From: a virus
Taxonomy: Duplodnaviria; Caudoviricetes
Virus record (IMG/VR): IMGVR_UViG_3300009873_000018
Span: 2,034 to 66,033 of that record
Length of the DNA: 64,000 nucleotides
Direction: 5' to 3' (one strand)
Numbering within the stretch: position 1 is the stretch's first letter; each line of letters opens with the position of its first letter. Below, piece by piece: positions 44,686 to 54,305 of this stretch. A program made the translations under genes and the position numbers. The notes beneath the pieces are model-generated. The model worked only from the letters and a program-made list of their open reading frames with translations. It was not told where the DNA came from and did no database searches.

Positions 44686-45815
44686 CGGCGTGGCCGCCTT
44701 ATTGATCCTGGCGGCGGCAGCGTCGGCAGGTGCGGGCGCGCGCCCCACCAGATCACCTTGTGCGACAGCCCGGGCACGAACTGGAAGAACATGTCGCCCG
44801 GGCACCAGACGTTGTGCGAGTCGACGGACGTCAAGAACCCGCTCGTGTTGTCGAGAAGGCTCAGCCGGGACATCACCTTCCCCTGGATGCGGACCGTCTC
44901 GGCTTCGCGCTCGTAGGTTTCTTCGATCGTCCACCCGCCGTTCATGAGCCCTGAGAACACGAGCTGCGGGCTCGACACGATCTGCCCGCCGACGATCGCC
45001 GCTCCGTCCGTCGGCTGAAACCGCTCGCGCACGTCGACCGGCGTGACCTGCGTGTGGGTCGACCAGAACGTGAACACGCCCTGCGCGCTCGGCGTCAGGA
45101 CCGCCATCCTGAGCTTCGCCACGCCGGCGGGGACCGTCGTCGTGAACGACAGCCGCTGCCACCCGCTCTGGACCGTGACCGACGCGCCGTAGCTGGCGGA
45201 GACGAATCCGCCCCCGGAGTTGTACCAGAACGCGACGGGACGCAGGAGCTTGCCGACCGCGCTCGAGCCTTCGATGTACGCCGAGACCATGAGCTGCTCG
45301 CCGGCCGTGACCGCGACCTCAGCGCCGCTCTGCGGGTTCACGAACCCGGAGTCGATCGCGTTCGTCGTGATCACCTGGAGGCTCGGTGCGCCGTTCAGCG
45401 TGACGCTGAGGTCCCGCGTCACCGTCGCCCCGCTCGAGACGAACCCGGTGCTGTCGGTCAGCAACGACGAGTTCAGCAGCCGGTTCGCGGCCTCGGCGAC
45501 CTGCGCCAGGTAGATGTCGACCGGCCGGCCGATGTACTGCTGCTGCAGTATCACCGCCAACACGGACTGGTCGACGCCGCTCAGCGAGACGTCGAGGCCG
45601 GCTTCTCGTATGTCGGTGCTCTCGACCGGCGGCGTGATGCTGAGCACCCCTCCGATGCCTTCCCACGTGTAGCCGTCCCACGAGATGTCCTGCGCAGCGG
45701 TCGTGACGCGGACGTCGCCGCCGCCGAACCCGAACCGGATCAAGCCGACCTGCGCCGGGCCGTGGGGCATCTCCCGGTACATCTGCTGAACGACGGTCGA
45801 GAGCGCGCGCGGCAT
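44682..45815 (-). CDS. tail hub/minor tail protein with inserted carbohydrate-binding-like domain
   Basis: DISWDGYTWEG.G...LSGVD N-half and F.G.M...D.FFQFV C-half flank a ~140-aa CBM-like insert. Confidence 0.75.
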   Translation of the reverse strand: MPRALSTVVQQMYREMPHGPAQVGLIRFGFGGGDVRVTTAAQDISWDGYTWEGIGGVLSITPPVESTDIREAGLDVSLSGVDQSVLAVILQQQYIGRPVDIYLAQVAEAANRLLNSSLLTDSTGFVSSGATVTRDLSVTLNGAPSLQVITTNAIDSGFVNPQSGAEVAVTAGEQLMVSAYIEGSSAVGKLLRPVAFWYNSGGGFVSASYGASVTVQSGWQRLSFTTTVPAGVAKLRMAVLTPSAQGVFTFWSTHTQVTPVDVRERFQPTDGAAIVGGQIVSSPQLVFSGLMNGGWTIEETYEREAETVRIQGKVMSRLSLLDNTSGFLTSVDSHNVWCPGDMFFQFVPGLSHKVIWWGARPHLPTLPPPGSIRRPRR

Positions 45816-46426
45816 CAGGGCACCTCGACGAACGTGATCCGGATGCCTTCAACGTACTCGTCGTTGACCGCAAGGCCGGACTCGAGCGCGGTGATGATCG
45901 CGTTGAACGTCACGCTTGATCCGTAGACGACCGCGTTGTTGTCGCCCGGGCTTCCGCCGCTCACGATGGCGGGCTCGATCTGCAGCGCGGCCTGCCCCGA
46001 ACCGTTCGACACGGCGTCCGCGGTAAGCTCGTACACGAGCGACAGCGCCCCGAACTTCACGAGGTCGCCGGCCTTCAGCACGGTCGTCGAGTTCGGCCAG
46101 CCGTCGGTGTTGATGCTGTTTCCGGTCTGCCCCGCGCCGTTCACGAGCGGCGTCCCGCCGCCGGCCCCGAGCTGCGTGCGGTATGCCGGGTGCGCGATCG
46201 TGAACTGCGTCCCCGTACGGTAGAGCTGGTGCGCCTGCGCCCACCATGCCCGGTTCACGGAGTCGGTCGCGACGAGCAGGGGAGGATAGATCTCTTCCCA
46301 GCTGCGTCCGACCGCGAGCGGCGAACGCGTCTGCGGCTTCCCGGTGCCGCCGATGCTGATGAGTCGGCCGGGCGGCTTCGGAAGCGAGTAGGCGATCGGC
46401 CATACCGTGCGCGAGAACGCCGGCAT
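45815..46426 (-). CDS. distal tail protein (Dit-like)
   Basis: Follows tape measure; PLVNGAGQTG...LKAGD..KF...VY. Confidence 0.7.
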   Translation of the reverse strand: MPAFSRTVWPIAYSLPKPPGRLISIGGTGKPQTRSPLAVGRSWEEIYPPLLVATDSVNRAWWAQAHQLYRTGTQFTIAHPAYRTQLGAGGGTPLVNGAGQTGNSINTDGWPNSTTVLKAGDLVKFGALSLVYELTADAVSNGSGQAALQIEPAIVSGGSPGDNNAVVYGSSVTFNAIITALESGLAVNDEYVEGIRITFVEVP

Positions 46427-48510
46427 CAGCGGCCTCCTCCCTGCATCTGGTGCGTCAGGTAGCTGCTCGACCGCATCGCGTCGACGACCGCCCCGGCGAG
46501 AGCCCCGCGGTTATCGCGCATGAACTCCGCGACGCCTTTCGCGTCGATCGCGCTGACGTTCACGTTGACGTTCGGCGCGAGCACCGGGGCGTTCCCCCCT
46601 CCGGGAGGCGCGAGCGCGACCCCGCCGGACGCGAACCGGAACGACGCCGGCCGGGCGATGCCCCGTCCCCCGAGGCCGTTGATGTAGTCGAGCGCATCCA
46701 CGCCGACGCGCCGCACGGCGGCCGCGTTGATCACGTACTCGCCGTCGGACAGCATCGCGGGGATGCTGTCGCTCGTCGGGCCGCCCGGCCCGCTGATGTA
46801 CCCGCCCTCGGCGGCTTCGGCGACCTCGGTTTCGACTTGCCCCCCTGCCTTGAAGCCGGGGAACAGGGCTTTCAGGAACGCGTTCGCGGCCATCGTGGCG
46901 GCGATGTTCGCGAGCGCCTCGAGCACGGCGCGGCCGAAGTCGCGCGCCGCCTCGCCGAGGTCGGAGAAACCATCGATGCCTTGCTTGAAGAAGTCTGCGA
47001 GCGGCTCCTGCGCGCTCTCCAGCAGCATCTTCTTCAGCGACTCGCCGAACGACTCGACCCGTTCCTCCGCGGCCCGGCCTACCTGCTCGCCCCCGACCCC
47101 CTGCATCGCGAGGCTGAGACCCTGCGCCGCGGCGGTTTGACCCTGCTTGAAGCCTTCCTCGAAGTTCTCCGTGCGGCCGATCCGCCCGCTGGTGTCTTCG
47201 GGGCTGCCGCCAAGGAGCGTGTTGCCGCGCTGAAGCTTAGACCGCTTCTCCCACTCGCGGTTCGCTTCGAGCAAGGCCTGCAGCTCGCGCTCGGCCTGCT
47301 CGGCGGCTTTCTTCTGAGCTTCCGCCGCGGCTTCTTGCGCCTTACGCTTCTTCTCCGCCTCCTCGCGGTCCTTGATGTCCGCCTTTAGAAGCGCGTTCGC
47401 GGCCTCGAGCGCTTTCTCGTTGTAGCCTTCCTGCGCCTTCGCCGCTCCGGCCGCCTTGTCGACGCTCTCCTGGATCGCGTCGCCGACGCCGGCCCAGGTG
47501 TTTTGGAATTCCTTGGTGGCATCCTTGGCGATCTCCCACGCGCCCTTGAAATCGCGCGCCAAGACCCGGTTGAGTATCGCCCAGAAGTTTCCCAGAGCCT
47601 CCCCGACCGAGACGAAGACGCCTCCCAGGACCGATCCGAAGACCTCGGCGGACACGATGATGCCCTGGATCACGTTCAACACCAGGCCACCGATCCGGAT
47701 CAGGAAGTCGAACATCGGGGCAAGCTGCTCCCCGATCGTCGCGGCCGTGTCCTTCAGCCTGTCGCCGAAGTCGTCCTGCCGTCCGGCGGCGCTGTTGACG
47801 AAGTCCGCATAGGCGTTGACGACGACCGCGCCCTTCTCTTGCGCCGCGTTCAGGATCGCCTGCGCGCGCTCCGCGTCGGTGAGCTGGTCTTTCGTCTTCC
47901 CGATCGAGTTCGCGAACCGCTCGAACAGCTCGTCCGGCTTGAGATTGAAGAACTTCTTCAGCGCGCGGTCGCTGCCGTCGGCCGCCTGTTCAAGGAGCGC
48001 GAGGGTCTCGGCGGTGTTGAGGCCCTGCGCGGCGCCGAGGTTCAGGAAGTCCCTGAGCGCCCCCTGCGCCCTGCCGAGGTCGCCGGTCTTAGCGGCGAGC
48101 GTCGTCAGCTCGGCGGCGTACTTGTTCGCCTCGACGGCGTCGAGGCTGAACTCCTCGCGCCCGCGGCGCGCGAGGTCTCGGATGAAGTCGAGCGGCGCCC
48201 CGGTAAGCGCGGCGGCGCCCTGGAGCCGGCGCATCGAGCCGGTCAGCTCGTTCGCCGCCTCGCGCAGCCTGTTGAGCCCGGCGGCCACGCCCGCGAACGT
48301 GAACAGCGCGCCGAGCGGACCGATCTCTTTCGCGAGGGTCTGCCCGAGCCCGTTGATCCGTTCGCGGAACGCCTTGACCGCGCCGCTCAGGCCGCCGAAC
48401 TCGGCGGCACCTTCCTTCATCCCGGCCGCGAACTCTCGCAGCTGCCGACGCACCTGAGCGATCGCCGCGCTCGCGGCGTTCTTTACGCGTATCGTGATCG
48501 AGACTTCCAT
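46426..48510 (-). CDS. tape measure protein
   Basis: Ala-rich helical 694 aa; C-terminal GGYISGPGGPTSDSIPAMLSDGEYV. Confidence 0.9.
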   Translation of the reverse strand: MEVSITIRVKNAASAAIAQVRRQLREFAAGMKEGAAEFGGLSGAVKAFRERINGLGQTLAKEIGPLGALFTFAGVAAGLNRLREAANELTGSMRRLQGAAALTGAPLDFIRDLARRGREEFSLDAVEANKYAAELTTLAAKTGDLGRAQGALRDFLNLGAAQGLNTAETLALLEQAADGSDRALKKFFNLKPDELFERFANSIGKTKDQLTDAERAQAILNAAQEKGAVVVNAYADFVNSAAGRQDDFGDRLKDTAATIGEQLAPMFDFLIRIGGLVLNVIQGIIVSAEVFGSVLGGVFVSVGEALGNFWAILNRVLARDFKGAWEIAKDATKEFQNTWAGVGDAIQESVDKAAGAAKAQEGYNEKALEAANALLKADIKDREEAEKKRKAQEAAAEAQKKAAEQAERELQALLEANREWEKRSKLQRGNTLLGGSPEDTSGRIGRTENFEEGFKQGQTAAAQGLSLAMQGVGGEQVGRAAEERVESFGESLKKMLLESAQEPLADFFKQGIDGFSDLGEAARDFGRAVLEALANIAATMAANAFLKALFPGFKAGGQVETEVAEAAEGGYISGPGGPTSDSIPAMLSDGEYVINAAAVRRVGVDALDYINGLGGRGIARPASFRFASGGVALAPPGGGNAPVLAPNVNVNVSAIDAKGVAEFMRDNRGALAGAVVDAMRSSSYLTHQMQGGGR

Positions 48511-48513
48511 CGC

Positions 48514-49193
48514 TCACTCGTCCAGGATGCGGGGTCGGCTCGGCGGCCTGAGCTTGTTCTTCGCGTGCGGCGCCAGCGCCGCGTACGTCAGCACGGCGAT
48601 GTGGTATTCCTCGCGGGCGACCTGCCGCAGGTAGTTCTCGTATGCGAGCAGGCCGTCACGCATAGGCCACATCATCACCCGGTCTAAAGATCCTGGGTCG
48701 TACCCAGAAAGTACACGGATGACGCGGTCAAGCGTCCCGAGCTGCCGTTCTCCCCTGAGCTCGGGCGGTCGCTTATCTCTGGTCGGGCCTTTCCGTTGTT
48801 CCCGCTCTACTCTCGGGCCGAAGATCAGGGGGAAGTCACGAACGATCTCGGCCCTGCGCCGAAAAAAGATTGCAGCCCCCCGACGATGAGCCCCTGGAGG
48901 ACTCGCTTATCCGTCGGGTCGGTCGTCTTCATGAACTTCTCGGCCGTCTCCCGCGCCCACGCCGGCGTCCAGTCGGCGCCGGCCGGCTTCACCAACCCGG
49001 CGAGCAGGAGGCCGACCTTTTCGCTCCGGACGATCCGCCGGAGCGCCTCGACCGCGGTCGATTCGTCGCCGCCCTGATGCAGCAGGTCGTGGAGACCGGA
49101 GTCCGCCACGACCTCCTGCATGTAGGCGTCGTACGCGAAGGTGTACGAGCCCCGGTCGATGGGCTCGTACACCTCGCCGCCGATCTTGAACAT
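48514..49193 (-). CDS. tail assembly chaperone gpG (48825-49193) and -1 frameshift product gpGT
   Basis: Slippery T TTT TTC at 48861-48867; the -1 frame is open to TGA at 48514. Confidence 0.85.
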
Positions 49194-49196
49194 CGA

Positions 49197-49982
49197 TTAC
49201 GCGACGCCGCGCTCGATGAGCCTGAAGTACGGCATCGACGCGCTCCCGCCGTACGTTCCCGCCGTGTCGTCGAGCGCCACGAGGTTCAGGGTGTACTCGC
49301 CGAAGTCCTCGCTGATGAGCCCGACCTCCCCGCCGGGCGCTACCGCGACTCGCCAGACCTCGACGTCCATCTGCGGTCCGGTCGTCGGGTCGGGCACGAA
49401 GAGCAGCCTGCCCTCGACCTTCGTCTTCGTCGCCCCGAGGATCTGGTCGAGCGAGAGCGACGCCCGGGTGTACGCGGCCGTGATCGCGGTCGCGGTCGTC
49501 GACGCGGTGATGAGCTTGATCACGCCGGCGGTCGAGTCGTAGACGGTGTAGGCCACGGACTGGGCCAGCGTCACGGTGCCCTGCGTCAGGACGACCGAGG
49601 AGATGTTCCTTCCGGCCGTCTTGTAGTACCGCCCGTTGACCGCGTTCGTGGTCAGGATCTCGCCGGTGATCGCGGACGAAGTCTGCGCGAACGTGCCCTG
49701 GTCGCCCATGAGCGCGAGTGCCATGGACTCGATCGCGTACTCGTTCGACGTGATCGAGATCTGGACTTCACGCTTCCGCGTGACGCGCTTGAGCAGCCCG
49801 GCCGCGGCGTCCTGGCTGGTGTTCAGCGAGAGCAGGTCGTCGGCAAGGTTGATCGCGAACTTCGAGCAGTTGCCCAGGTGGAAGTACCCCTGGACCGTGC
49901 CCCCGGTGTTGAAACGATCGAAGAACAGCTCGCCCTTGCCGAGCAGGATGTTCTGCGGATCGGGTGCGTTGATGAGCGACAT
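49197..49982 (-). CDS. major tail (tube) protein
   Basis: LGKGELFF...LGNC..F; position before chaperones and TMP. Confidence 0.8.
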   Translation of the reverse strand: MSLINAPDPQNILLGKGELFFDRFNTGGTVQGYFHLGNCSKFAINLADDLLSLNTSQDAAAGLLKRVTRKREVQISITSNEYAIESMALALMGDQGTFAQTSSAITGEILTTNAVNGRYYKTAGRNISSVVLTQGTVTLAQSVAYTVYDSTAGVIKLITASTTATAITAAYTRASLSLDQILGATKTKVEGRLLFVPDPTTGPQMDVEVWRVAVAPGGEVGLISEDFGEYTLNLVALDDTAGTYGGSASMPYFRLIERGVA

Positions 49983-50000
49983 GTGCGTGTCTCCTGCTGG

Positions 50001-50540
50001 TTAGAGAACGGTGCGCTGCGCCTGAGCGCGCTTGTCGAGAGACTCGATACGGAATACGACGGCGCTCGTCGTCCCGTTCCCTGCATCTTGGATGATCCCG
50101 TAGGTCAGGTCGGTCATCCCCATCACCTGCACGTCGTTCCGCTTCGTCGTTACCCCGCTGCGGAGCCAGAATGCGGTCTGCAAGCAGAGCACGACGGCGC
50201 GCATCACGTAGTGGCAGTCCTGCACGCGCTGTGCGGCGGTCCGTTCTCCGCGGTGCACGACGAGTACGGCCATCGGCGTCACGCCGCGCGATGCCTCCGT
50301 CTGCGCGCTCCCGCCGCGCGTGCTCGTCGGTCCGTCGGGCGCGACGATCGCGAGGATGTCGACGCCGCGATCGAACTGCTCGCCCTTGATCGCCGCTTCG
50401 TCCGAGAGCCCGTCGACGATCATATCGACCGTCGGCTGCTCGTCGGTCGGGTCGCGCGGGAGGACGGCGAGCTGCGCGTTGATGCCGATCTGCTCGTTTT
50501 TCAAGAGCTCGACGAGCGTGCGCGTGATCTCAAGCTGCAT
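50001..50540 (-). CDS. tail terminator/completion protein
   Basis: Size and position upstream of tail tube. Confidence 0.55.
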   Translation of the reverse strand: MQLEITRTLVELLKNEQIGINAQLAVLPRDPTDEQPTVDMIVDGLSDEAAIKGEQFDRGVDILAIVAPDGPTSTRGGSAQTEASRGVTPMAVLVVHRGERTAAQRVQDCHYVMRAVVLCLQTAFWLRSGVTTKRNDVQVMGMTDLTYGIIQDAGNGTTSAVVFRIESLDKRAQAQRTVL

Positions 50541-51081
50541 TCTTGCCTCCGATGAACGCGAGGATCGTCTTCGCGATCTTATCGCTCACGACCGTCGGCA
50601 AGCGACCCGGGACGATCACGCGGGCCGGGACGCGGTGCGGGCGCTTCCGGTACAGCGGGATCGGATTGCCGCGCCGGTCGACGACCACGAACGTCTTCGC
50701 CGTGTACCCCGTCTGGTGAAACTTCGCGTACGGCACGCGCGTCCCTCGAACGAGCGAGTTCGCCGTCACTACCTTTATCGCGTCGGGGCCGAGGCCGAGC
50801 TTCACCAGGCTCGCCCAGAGCCGCCCCGTGTCTCGCAAGATGCCGCCGCGTCCGTGCCCGCGTCGCTGACGCAGGATCAGCGTGACCGGAGCGAGCGTCG
50901 CCCACCGCTGTCCTCCGAACGACCCTTCGGTGTCGAACTGCGCCTTGAAGAAGTCGTCGATCGTCTTGTTCACCGGCCCCGCGAGCACCGGGGTGAGGTC
51001 CGTCAGCGACCTGTTGATGCGGTCGAGGAGCGTCGTCGCCGGCCCGACGTCGACCGTGACCGATACGTTCGGCGCCGTCAC
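50530..51081 (-). CDS. virion morphogenesis protein (Mu gpG-like)
   Basis: W..LAP.T...R...G...ILRDTG.L..S...YA.FHQ.G. Confidence 0.75.
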   Translation of the reverse strand: MTAPNVSVTVDVGPATTLLDRINRSLTDLTPVLAGPVNKTIDDFFKAQFDTEGSFGGQRWATLAPVTLILRQRRGHGRGGILRDTGRLWASLVKLGLGPDAIKVVTANSLVRGTRVPYAKFHQTGYTAKTFVVVDRRGNPIPLYRKRPHRVPARVIVPGRLPTVVSDKIAKTILAFIGGKNAA

Positions 51082-51542
51082 GTCGAGTACACCGGGGTCC
51101 GGATGTCCCAGAGCTCGAGCCGGTATCCCCAGTTACCGGGCGGAAAAGCGTTGACGACCTCGTCGCGTACTTTCTTGAACGTCCCAGGCCCGTTCTGCGA
51201 GACGGACTCGACGTGCAGCGCTTCGTTGCGCTTCCCGAGTCGCCACGCGATCACGTCGGCGATCGTCCGGCGGAGCGCCAATACCAGCGACGCGTCGGTG
51301 CACTGGCTCGCGTCGGGGAGGTAGTTTCGCAGCGCGACCCACACGCCGTCTCCGGCGTAGTAGCCGCGCCCGCTGTAGAACACGTTCACGAACTCGGTGC
51401 TGACCGGCGCGCGCCTCGTGTACTGCGCGATCACGTCCGTCTCCGCGTCTGCGGCGACGACCGCGAGGTCGTCGTGCACGCGCGTCGACTTCGGCAGCAG
51501 GTTGAGCGAGTCGGTCGACGACGGGTCAAAGTAAGTCGTCAC
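51078..51542 (-). CDS. head-tail adaptor/connector protein
   Basis: Position downstream of capsid; 154 aa. Confidence 0.5.
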   Translation of the reverse strand: MTTYFDPSSTDSLNLLPKSTRVHDDLAVVAADAETDVIAQYTRRAPVSTEFVNVFYSGRGYYAGDGVWVALRNYLPDASQCTDASLVLALRRTIADVIAWRLGKRNEALHVESVSQNGPGTFKKVRDEVVNAFPPGNWGYRLELWDIRTPVYST

Positions 51543-51706
51543 TCTTCTTCGTCCTCCAAGATGTCACGCCACATCCGGTACTCCGGACCGGCGAGATGCT
51601 CCGGCCAGTTGTCGTCTTCCTCGACGACTTCTTCTTCGAAGTCATCGTGTATCTCGGGGTGCATGTCACCGCGCCACGCGGAGTCGTCAGACCATCGCTG
51701 CTGCAT
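51539..51706 (-). CDS. small acidic protein
   Basis: Not in track; GGAGGAGG RBS; 55 aa with 21 D/E; GTGA overlap with next gene. Confidence 0.55.
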   Translation of the reverse strand: MQQRWSDDSAWRGDMHPEIHDDFEEEVVEEDDNWPEHLAGPEYRMWRDILEDEEE

Positions 51707-51731
51707 CTATCTGCCTCCTCCCCCGAAGTAC

Positions 51732-51767
51732 TCGAGGCCAGCCAGCGTAGCGTCTGGCTGGCCTCGA
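51732..51767 (-). terminator. strong hairpin downstream of capsid gene
   Basis: 14-bp stem TCGAGGCCAGCCAG/CTGGCTGGCCTCGA; no clear U-tract. Confidence 0.5.
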
Positions 51768-51798
51768 TCTTACCTCGTCCTGCTGCCCCGCCGGTGGA

Positions 51799-53001
51799 TT
51801 ACGAGATGTACCGGCAGGCCAGGTCCTCGTCGAGCACCTTCACGCCCCACAGCGCGTCGAGGCGGACGTACACCTTCGCGTCGAGTCCCTCGTACCAGAT
51901 CGTCGCGCGGATCGCGAGACCGGTGATGGGATCGGCGACGCTCGCCACCATCGCGCCGAGGTTGTTCCCGAACATCCGGGCGGCTTCCGGAAGGGGCGCC
52001 ATCGCCAGGGCGAAGGCGTTGCGGTGGAAGGCCATGTTGTCGTACTTCGCGGTCGACTGCAGCTTGACAGCGGCTGCGGTACCGGACGACACCGCGTCGC
52101 GGAACTTCGGCGACACGGACACGGTGATCGCGTTCGACGTCGCCGTCGCGTCGGCGGTGACGACGAAGTTCCTGGCCGCGGTCAGGGCGGCGCCGGACAG
52201 CCCGTCGGTGCCGGTGTGACCGACCTGAACGATGTCCCCGACCTTGAGCGTGCCGGAGCAGGTCGAGGCCGCGAGCGTCACGGTGGTGGCGCCGACGGTC
52301 ACGGCCGCGTTGACCGTGAGCGAGCCGCCCGCGACGGCGAAGGTGCCGCCGGCAGGCTGCGCCTTGACGTTCTGGTTCGCGAAGATCTCGAACCCGAACT
52401 TGTCCCCCAGCGCGCCGCGCTGCTGCGCCCCGGAGTCACCGGACCACGACACGCGGTTGAACGAGTCGCAGCTGAGGTAGTACTGCTGCCGCTCGCCGTT
52501 GATCTCGGCGTGCAGGTCGCTCGAGGGTACCTTGTTGTCGAACAGCCGGCGGCCCAGGGCGGGCCAGTCGCTGATCTGGTTGGTCGCGGTGCCGGTGTTC
52601 TGCGCGACGTAGTACCACGGGATCTGAGTCGCCAGCGCGTTCAGGCTGACGTCGATCTGGTCGGCGACGGCGCTCGCGGCGGGGCGGATGTGCTCCTGCA
52701 CGATCCGCTCCTGCGTGTACGACAGCTCCTTGTCGGACAGCCCGAACTGCACGCCGTACCACTGGTTCAGCGTGATCGCGACCGAGTCGGGGTTGAGGTC
52801 CGTGGTGTTCGCCGAGCTGATCGGCATGGTCTGCGCGGTGAAGTACGTCGGCCGGCGCAGGTTGATGATGGACCCGTACTCCTGGGGGTTCTTGTCGTAG
52901 CCCCGATACACGCGGGACGCCATCCCCAGCGCCTTCTCGAGCTGGAGCAGGGCAGTCGCGGCGTAGAAGTTCGGATCGTAAAAGCCAAGGGTGTTCGCCA
53001 T
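51799..53001 (-). CDS. major capsid protein (HK97 fold, P22 coat-like) with insertion domain
   Basis: MANTL...AL..LE..L.MA..V.R.Y..G..I..RRP; C-terminal FHRNAFALA...RLDALWG. Confidence 0.88.
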   Translation of the reverse strand: MANTLGFYDPNFYAATALLQLEKALGMASRVYRGYDKNPQEYGSIINLRRPTYFTAQTMPISSANTTDLNPDSVAITLNQWYGVQFGLSDKELSYTQERIVQEHIRPAASAVADQIDVSLNALATQIPWYYVAQNTGTATNQISDWPALGRRLFDNKVPSSDLHAEINGERQQYYLSCDSFNRVSWSGDSGAQQRGALGDKFGFEIFANQNVKAQPAGGTFAVAGGSLTVNAAVTVGATTVTLAASTCSGTLKVGDIVQVGHTGTDGLSGAALTAARNFVVTADATATSNAITVSVSPKFRDAVSSGTAAAVKLQSTAKYDNMAFHRNAFALAMAPLPEAARMFGNNLGAMVASVADPITGLAIRATIWYEGLDAKVYVRLDALWGVKVLDEDLACRYIS

Positions 53002-53072
53002 GGAAAGCCACTCCCCGCAGCCACGTTGTGTGACCGCGGGGAGTGGCTACGGAAGAAGCTCCCGCGCGGCGA

Positions 53073-53909
53073 CTACACCGGAACGATGGTAAGGCCTTCC
53101 TTCTCGGCCTTCGCCTGCATCTGACGGTAGAACGGGATGTCGCGGATCTGCTCGGCGGTGAGCCGCAGCTCGCGGCCGACCTGACCCGGCACCTGGTCCT
53201 TCCTGTCCTGCCCCGCGCCGGCCCCGGCCTGACGCTCGGACCGGACGAACTCTTTACCGTCTGCGGCTGCCCAGCTCGTCACGAACTCGGCGACCGTCTG
53301 GTACGGCATCTCGCCGCTCTGCGAGAACAAGAACGGGTTGCCGTTCGATCCCCTCGCGAACCACTCGCCGTGCTGATCGTCGAAGGCGAAGGCTTCCTCG
53401 AGCATCGAGACGATGAGCGGCTTCCCGCCCTTCGTCGGAGCCTTCAGGTACTTCTCCTCCAGCTTCGCGGCTGCTGCCGCCTGGATGATCTGCCCCCTCA
53501 GGTCCTTCGCCCTGAGCGCCGCGATGGTCTCGTTGGCCTTCGTCAGCTTCGCCTCGCGGGGCTTGACTTCACGCTCGGCGATCTCCGCCTCTCGCCGCTT
53601 CAGCGTCTCCTGGAGCTGCGCCGCCGTCGCGTTGGGATCGAGACCCCAGTGCTGGGTAGCGCGCGTCCTGAAGTCCTGATCTTGCAGCAGCTCTTCTGGG
53701 TCACGCCGGCCCTTCAGCGCGTCGAGCTCCTTGCGCATGCGGGCCATCTGGTCGTTGTGAGCTGCTTTGGGATGGAACTTCTCGTCGATCTCCTTCTGGG
53801 TAAACAGCCCCGCGGGCTTCTCGACCTGGATCTCCGCGCCGTTATGGATCACGGTGATCAGATTCGCGGCGCCCTGCGTGCTGCCGCCATCGCCGCCTTC
53901 GCCAGCCAT
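53073..53909 (-). CDS. capsid scaffolding protein
   Basis: Charged coiled-coil protein immediately upstream of capsid gene. Confidence 0.7.
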   Translation of the reverse strand: MAGEGGDGGSTQGAANLITVIHNGAEIQVEKPAGLFTQKEIDEKFHPKAAHNDQMARMRKELDALKGRRDPEELLQDQDFRTRATQHWGLDPNATAAQLQETLKRREAEIAEREVKPREAKLTKANETIAALRAKDLRGQIIQAAAAAKLEEKYLKAPTKGGKPLIVSMLEEAFAFDDQHGEWFARGSNGNPFLFSQSGEMPYQTVAEFVTSWAAADGKEFVRSERQAGAGAGQDRKDQVPGQVGRELRLTAEQIRDIPFYRQMQAKAEKEGLTIVPV

Positions 53910-54065
53910 TTGCCGTGCCTCCTTGAGTTTCGGTCCAAGGGGAGACCGGGCGCCGCGCGTGCGCGCGGGAAGATCAACTTTTTGTTAGGGGAGACCTGCC
54001 ACCCGGCTTCCGGGGAAGTACTACACGATAATGGTATAAGATTGTACCGTGATATTCCAGGTATC

Positions 54066-54305
54066 TCAGTACACGGTGTCTGGCGACCCGTCCTCCGGCG
54101 GGTCGACCGCCGCGAGCACTAAGTCGAGCTGCTCTGCGAGCTGCCGCGCGATCGCGAGCGCTCGGTCCGGCACGTAGTCGTCTATCTCGACCGTCCGTCC
54201 GACGCGCGTGAGGAACGCCGCCGTGTCGGGGTCGGTCGCGCTGCGCCACTCGGCCGTCTCGCGGTCGAACACGAACTCGTCGGCGCCTTGCTTGAGCATT
54301 ATCAT
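54066..54305 (-). CDS. hypothetical protein
   Basis: 79 aa, ATGA overlap with MuF gene; context suggests possible immunity partner. Confidence 0.55.
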   Translation of the reverse strand: MIMLKQGADEFVFDRETAEWRSATDPDTAAFLTRVGRTVEIDDYVPDRALAIARQLAEQLDLVLAAVDPPEDGSPDTVY

